A stretch of 64,000 nucleotides of DNA from Sphingobium sp. (GTDB taxonomy: Bacteria > Pseudomonadota > Alphaproteobacteria > Sphingomonadales > Sphingomonadaceae), in contig JBEVME010000080.1 of assembly GCA_040508785.1 (NCBI GenBank), positions 481 to 64,480 on the forward strand. Reading direction: 5' to 3'. Shown piece after piece: positions 59,997 to 64,000 of this stretch (the first letter of the stretch is position 1; every line of letters begins with the position of its first letter). Under the pieces are notes generated by a model. It ran no database searches and was not told the origin of the DNA. It worked only from the letters and a program-made list of their open reading frames with translations. The translations under genes and the position numbers were made by a program.

Positions 59997-62630
59997 ATGC
60001 GTCCAGCGCTATGTGCCAGCCTCCTGGCGATGCTGCCGGTGCCGGCCGTGGCGCAGTGGACGGATCTGTCCGCGCCGGCCGATGCGGACCTGCGCATCGT
60101 CGAACTGTCGCTGCGCAATCGCGATACGCTGGTGCGCGAGATACTGGCGTGGCAGGTCGGCGATAAAGGGCATTTATACCTGCCGTTCGAGGAGGTCATG
60201 GTGGCGACGGATTTTCGCATCACCATCGACGAGAAGGGCGCGGACGGCTGGTTTTTGCGGGAAGACCAGCGTTTTCGCCTTGATAGAGCGGGCAACTTTG
60301 CCCTGTCGGCCGGGCGGCGCTTCGATTTGGCACCAGGCGATCTGGCGGAAATAGATGGCGTTGCCCATGTCGCGGTCACGGCGCTTGATCGCTGGTTCGG
60401 TCTTGGCCTCAAATGGGAGGCAGATCGGCAGGTCGTGTCATTGGCCCCGCCCTATCTGTTGGCGGGCGAGGAAAATGCACGACGGTCGGGTAGCGCGGCG
60501 CGTTCCGCCGACCTGGAGGATTATAGCGACCTCCCGCGGTTGGCGAGCCGTCCCAGTTGGCTGTCCTGGCCTTATCTCACCGCCAATTTGGCGCTGACCG
60601 CGCAGAATAATGGCGGCCGGGCTTTTACTGGACAGGGCAATCTGTTCGCGCAGGGTGACCTGCTGGGCACCACGGCGCAAGTCGCGCTGTCCACGACGAT
60701 ACCGGGCAACGTCGACGGGCGCATCACTTTGGGGCGCTATGACGCGGCGGGACGATTGCTCGGGCCCTTGCGCGCCACGATGGGGGAAATCGGGGACATC
60801 AATCTTCAGGCGATCCCGCTATTGCTGCGCAACGGCAGCGGCATCGGGGTGCAGATCGGTCGTGCGCCGCTGAACACGACCGGACGGTTCGACCAAACGG
60901 ACATAGTCGGGGGCGCGTCCCCCGGCTGGCAGGCCGAGCTGTATCGGGACAATCAACTGCTGGGCTTTCAGACGGTCGGGAGCGATGGCCGCTATCTGTT
61001 CGCAGCGGTGCCGCTGCAATTCGGCAGCAACCAGTTTTCGATCATCCTCTACGGACCATCGGGCGAACGACAGACGGTCAACCGTTCCATCGCCATCGAC
61101 AGTGCGCAGATCGTGCCCGGGACGCTTACCTATTCAGCGGCGATCATGCGCCAGGGGAGAACATTGCTTCGCCGGTCGCCTTTCGGCATCGATCGTAGCG
61201 ATGGCAGCGTTCAAGACGATGCCGTCAACCTGCTGGCTAATCCGACCGGCCTGCATGCGCAGATCGGTCTGGGCTATGGTCTGTCGCGGTCGCTGTCGGT
61301 ATCGGCGCTCGCCGCGCGGCGGCAGGAGGATGGCGGCGTGCGCGCAACCTATGTCGGGGGCGGTTTCGCCTGGTTGGCCGGACCCGTGCTGGCCAGCGGC
61401 GACCTCTTGGTGCAGGACGGTCGCGCTACGGCCCGGAGGTTGGCGGTGCTGGCCAGCATCGGTGGCATGAGCCTATCCGCCGAACGGGAGGAATATGATC
61501 GCGATTTCGTCAGTGACGACAGCCGTCTGGCGGCGGGGGTGACGACATTGTCGCGGGACATGATGCGGCTGGACGGCCGGATCGGCACGGCCGGATGGAG
61601 CCTAGGGGCAACGCGGACGCGACGATCGGACGGGGCAGCAGACCGGTTTCTGAACGGCCGGATCAGCTTTGTCGCGGGCCCTGTCTCCTTCAGTCCGCGC
61701 CTGTCCTATCGCGACATTCGGGTGGGGGTAGCAGGGCGCCAGAAGCGTTTGGACGGTGGCGTGTCGCTTGCGGGATCGACTGGCGCGTGGCGGTTGCGGG
61801 CGCAGTTCGACTATGACATCGCGCCGCACTTTCGTGTTCGCAATGCCGGCGCCGAAGCGGGGCTGCGGCTCAACAGCTGGTACCTGGCCGCCGGCGCGGA
61901 TCATGATTTCCAGCAGGGTTCGACGCGCGAACGCGTTTCGATCAATCGCGACTGGAACGGCGTTCGTCTGGGAGCGGAGGGGCGGCACGACAGCAGCGGC
62001 AAGGCGTGGGCCGGGCTATTGACGCTGGCCTTCGCGATTGATCGCGATCCGCAATGGGGCGGCGTTCGCCTGGGTCGGGACGCCCGCTCCAACAGCGGTA
62101 CTGTCGTGGCCCGGATGTTCGAAGACCGCAATGGTGACGGCCGCCGCGGGCAGCACGAAGCGCTGGTCGAGGGCGGCGAGATTATCAGCGCGCCGCGCGG
62201 GCAGGTGAGCACGCGCAACGGCGTCACGGTTATCGAGAATTTGCCGGTGGACCGCCCGGTCGCCATATTGCCGGATCTGTCCAATGTGGAAAATCCGTAT
62301 CTTGCTCCATCCCTCCCCGGACGCCTGATCACCGCGCGGGCCGGCGGTGTCGTCCATGTCGACATTCCCGTCGTCGAAACGGGCAGTATCGAACTGACCC
62401 TGCGAGACGAAAAGGGGGGCGGGGTTTCGGGCAGCGTCCTGTCCCTCGCCCGATGCGGCAACGATCGGGCCGTTGCCCGGCGTGCCCGCACGGCCTTCGA
62501 TGGACTGGCGGCGTTCGACGGCGTCATGCCGGGCTGTTATCGGGTCAGCATCGGCGACCGACAAATCGGTGCGGTCGAAGTATCGAGCGGCAACCTGACC
62601 ACCGCCATCCTGACGCTGCCGTCGGGTTGA
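59997..62630 (+). CDS. Outer-membrane usher-like protein
   Basis: 877 aa; signal peptide; plug-like PGWQAELYRDNQLL..GRYLF..GSN..LYGPSGE; amphipathic strands; C-terminal FEDRNGDG and TAFDGLAAFDGVMPG domains; follows the chaperone. Confidence 0.8.
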   Translation: MRPALCASLLAMLPVPAVAQWTDLSAPADADLRIVELSLRNRDTLVREILAWQVGDKGHLYLPFEEVMVATDFRITIDEKGADGWFLREDQRFRLDRAGNFALSAGRRFDLAPGDLAEIDGVAHVAVTALDRWFGLGLKWEADRQVVSLAPPYLLAGEENARRSGSAARSADLEDYSDLPRLASRPSWLSWPYLTANLALTAQNNGGRAFTGQGNLFAQGDLLGTTAQVALSTTIPGNVDGRITLGRYDAAGRLLGPLRATMGEIGDINLQAIPLLLRNGSGIGVQIGRAPLNTTGRFDQTDIVGGASPGWQAELYRDNQLLGFQTVGSDGRYLFAAVPLQFGSNQFSIILYGPSGERQTVNRSIAIDSAQIVPGTLTYSAAIMRQGRTLLRRSPFGIDRSDGSVQDDAVNLLANPTGLHAQIGLGYGLSRSLSVSALAARRQEDGGVRATYVGGGFAWLAGPVLASGDLLVQDGRATARRLAVLASIGGMSLSAEREEYDRDFVSDDSRLAAGVTTLSRDMMRLDGRIGTAGWSLGATRTRRSDGAADRFLNGRISFVAGPVSFSPRLSYRDIRVGVAGRQKRLDGGVSLAGSTGAWRLRAQFDYDIAPHFRVRNAGAEAGLRLNSWYLAAGADHDFQQGSTRERVSINRDWNGVRLGAEGRHDSSGKAWAGLLTLAFAIDRDPQWGGVRLGRDARSNSGTVVARMFEDRNGDGRRGQHEALVEGGEIISAPRGQVSTRNGVTVIENLPVDRPVAILPDLSNVENPYLAPSLPGRLITARAGGVVHVDIPVVETGSIELTLRDEKGGGVSGSVLSLARCGNDRAVARRARTAFDGLAAFDGVMPGCYRVSIGDRQIGAVEVSSGNLTTAILTLPSG

Positions 62631-62881
62631 TATCCTTGGCTGGCTCGTCGACAATCGCACGAACAGCCGGCGATATGGCCGATTTGGTCGAGCGCCTGGC
62701 CAGTCGCCGCCGTCTCGTCAGTCCCACAGCCACTGTTGACCTAAGGCGCGCAGTTATAATGAACAGGCCGCAACAAGCACCTATTGCGAAGCTGCCCTAA
62801 CCAGCCAAAACCGCTGTGCCTTCCGTGAAAGCCGGGGGGCGAGGCTTGGAAACCCCGCTCATCAAGCTCGGTCGCCTTCTA

Positions 62882-63728
62882 GGATCAGGACTCATTGATT
62901 ACAGCCAGAAGCAGAACAGTACTCCGATAGTGATGGCTAACATGAAAGTGTGGGCGCATCGGTCGTAACGGGTGGCGATGCGTCGCCAGTCCTTGAGGCG
63001 TGCGAGCAGGTTCTCGATCTTGTGGCGCTGGCGATAGATCTGCTTGTCGTAGGCGTGCTGGACCTTGCGATGGACAGTTGGTGGGATGCAGGGAGTGATA
63101 CCGCGCCTGGCAAGGGCATGGCGGAACCAGTCGCTGTCGTAGCCTTTGTCGGCCAGCAGTTCCTTGGCCTGAGGCAGTCGCGAAAACAGCAGAGCTGCGC
63201 CTTTGTGATCGCTCATCTGCCCTTCGGTGAGTAGCATGATGATCGGCCTACCCCGGCCATCGCAGACCGTGTGCAGCTTCGAGTTCAGCCCGCCCTTGGT
63301 GCGTCCAATACATCGGGAAAGAGCCCCCCCTTTAGGAGACTGGATGCCGTGCGATGCGCCTTGAGATGCATGGCGTCGATCATGATCCGGTCGGGCTCGC
63401 CAGCAGCGCCTGCCGGTTCGGCGAAGATCCGGTTGAATACCCCAAGCCGGCTCCAGCGCGCGAACCGGTTGTAGATCGTCTTGTTCGGGCCATACCCCTT
63501 GGGAGCGTCACGCCACATCAGACCATGCTTGATGACGTAGACAATGCCCGAGGTAATCCGGCGGTCGACCACCCGTGGAATGCCATGCGACAGCGGGAAA
63601 AATGGCTCGATCCGGCGCATCTGCGCCTCACTCAGCACGAACGGAACATCCACAATCAGCGCCTCCTCAACGCTGACCTTGAATCAACCAATCGCTGCCA
63701 ACGCAAGCAATTTAATGGATCCTGATCC
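62882..63728 (-). mobile_element. IS5-family insertion sequence (IS427-like group), ~847 bp
   Basis: Imperfect terminal inverted repeats GGATCAGGActCATTgA / GGATCAGGAtcCATTaA; both ends sit in CTAG (62879-62882 and 63728-63731). Confidence 0.92.
62899..63653 (-). CDS. IS5-family transposase in two frames (orfA 63285-63653; orfB ends 62899), joined by a probable -1 frameshift
   Basis: orfA: DRRITSGIVYVIKHGLMWRDAP..TIYNRF..MIDA. orfB: GRTKGGLNSKLH, ADKGYD, YRQRHKIEN, WRRIATRYD. AAAG7 slippery tract at ~63324-63333. Confidence 0.9.
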
Positions 63729-63764
63729 TAGATTGCGCATGCGGGCATGCCACCCAGCCTCCTA

Positions 63765-64000
63765 GGGTCAGGACCCATAAACAGGATTCCCTTGGCGGCG
63801 CGAAAGTGATTCATGCTCGCCGACAGCAGGAGCGTGGATTTGAGCGAGTTCTAGTTGAGTGAAGAGCAGTTCGAGCGGCTTCGGCCGTTGCTGCCCAACA
63901 AGGTGCGAGGCGTTGCCCGGGTCGATGACCGGCGTGCGATCAGCGGCATTATCCATGTCGTGAGATCTGGCAGTCGCTGGGTCGATGCGCCGGCCTGCTA
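63765..64000 (+). mobile_element. Left end of a second IS5-family element whose transposase has an early stop
   Basis: CTAG-GGTCAGGACCCATAAA end; TTG 63840 then SEF*LSEEQFERLRPLLP..RVDDRRAISGIIHV..RWVDAP, with TAG at 63852-63854. Confidence 0.85.

Noticed and set aside
1-64000. CRISPR array, rRNA, prophage or defence genes
   Set aside because: None recognised on reading the sequence and the ORF track.

Overview
GC-rich alphaproteobacterial DNA, inferred to be Sphingomonadaceae (Sphingobium-like) from gene content. Left to right: (1) 3' part of a TonB-dependent receptor, a TauD-family dioxygenase and an MFS/HlyD/NodT efflux operon (1-7 kb). (2) LysR plus a valine-catabolism operon (mmsA, acyl-CoA dehydrogenase, mmsB) whose crotonase gene is reduced to a stub, then a TIGR03032-like remnant (7-12 kb). 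(3) A four-gene secreted DUF11 cluster with a 1656-aa outer-membrane protein, followed by a tandem-PilZ gene and a Hpt/NarL/CHASE3-kinase/receiver phosphorelay (12.2-24.4 kb). (4) A ~19-kb catabolic island of unknown substrate with recurring GATA-N9-TATC boxes (24.4-43.8 kb). (5) Core genes gdhB, a PAS-like protein and tRNA-Thr(CGT) (43.9-50.4 kb). (6) An accessory block with two regulators, nine tandem paralogous pilin-like genes, a chaperone and an usher-like protein, ending in two IS5-family elements (50.6-64 kb). Two candidates for undescribed systems stand out. The first is the DUF11 cluster, whose proteins look split into complementary donor-hairpin and acceptor halves, predicting a Lys-Asn cross-linked surface filament. 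The second is the nine-pilin chaperone-usher locus. All family calls come from motif recognition by eye; no database searches were run.
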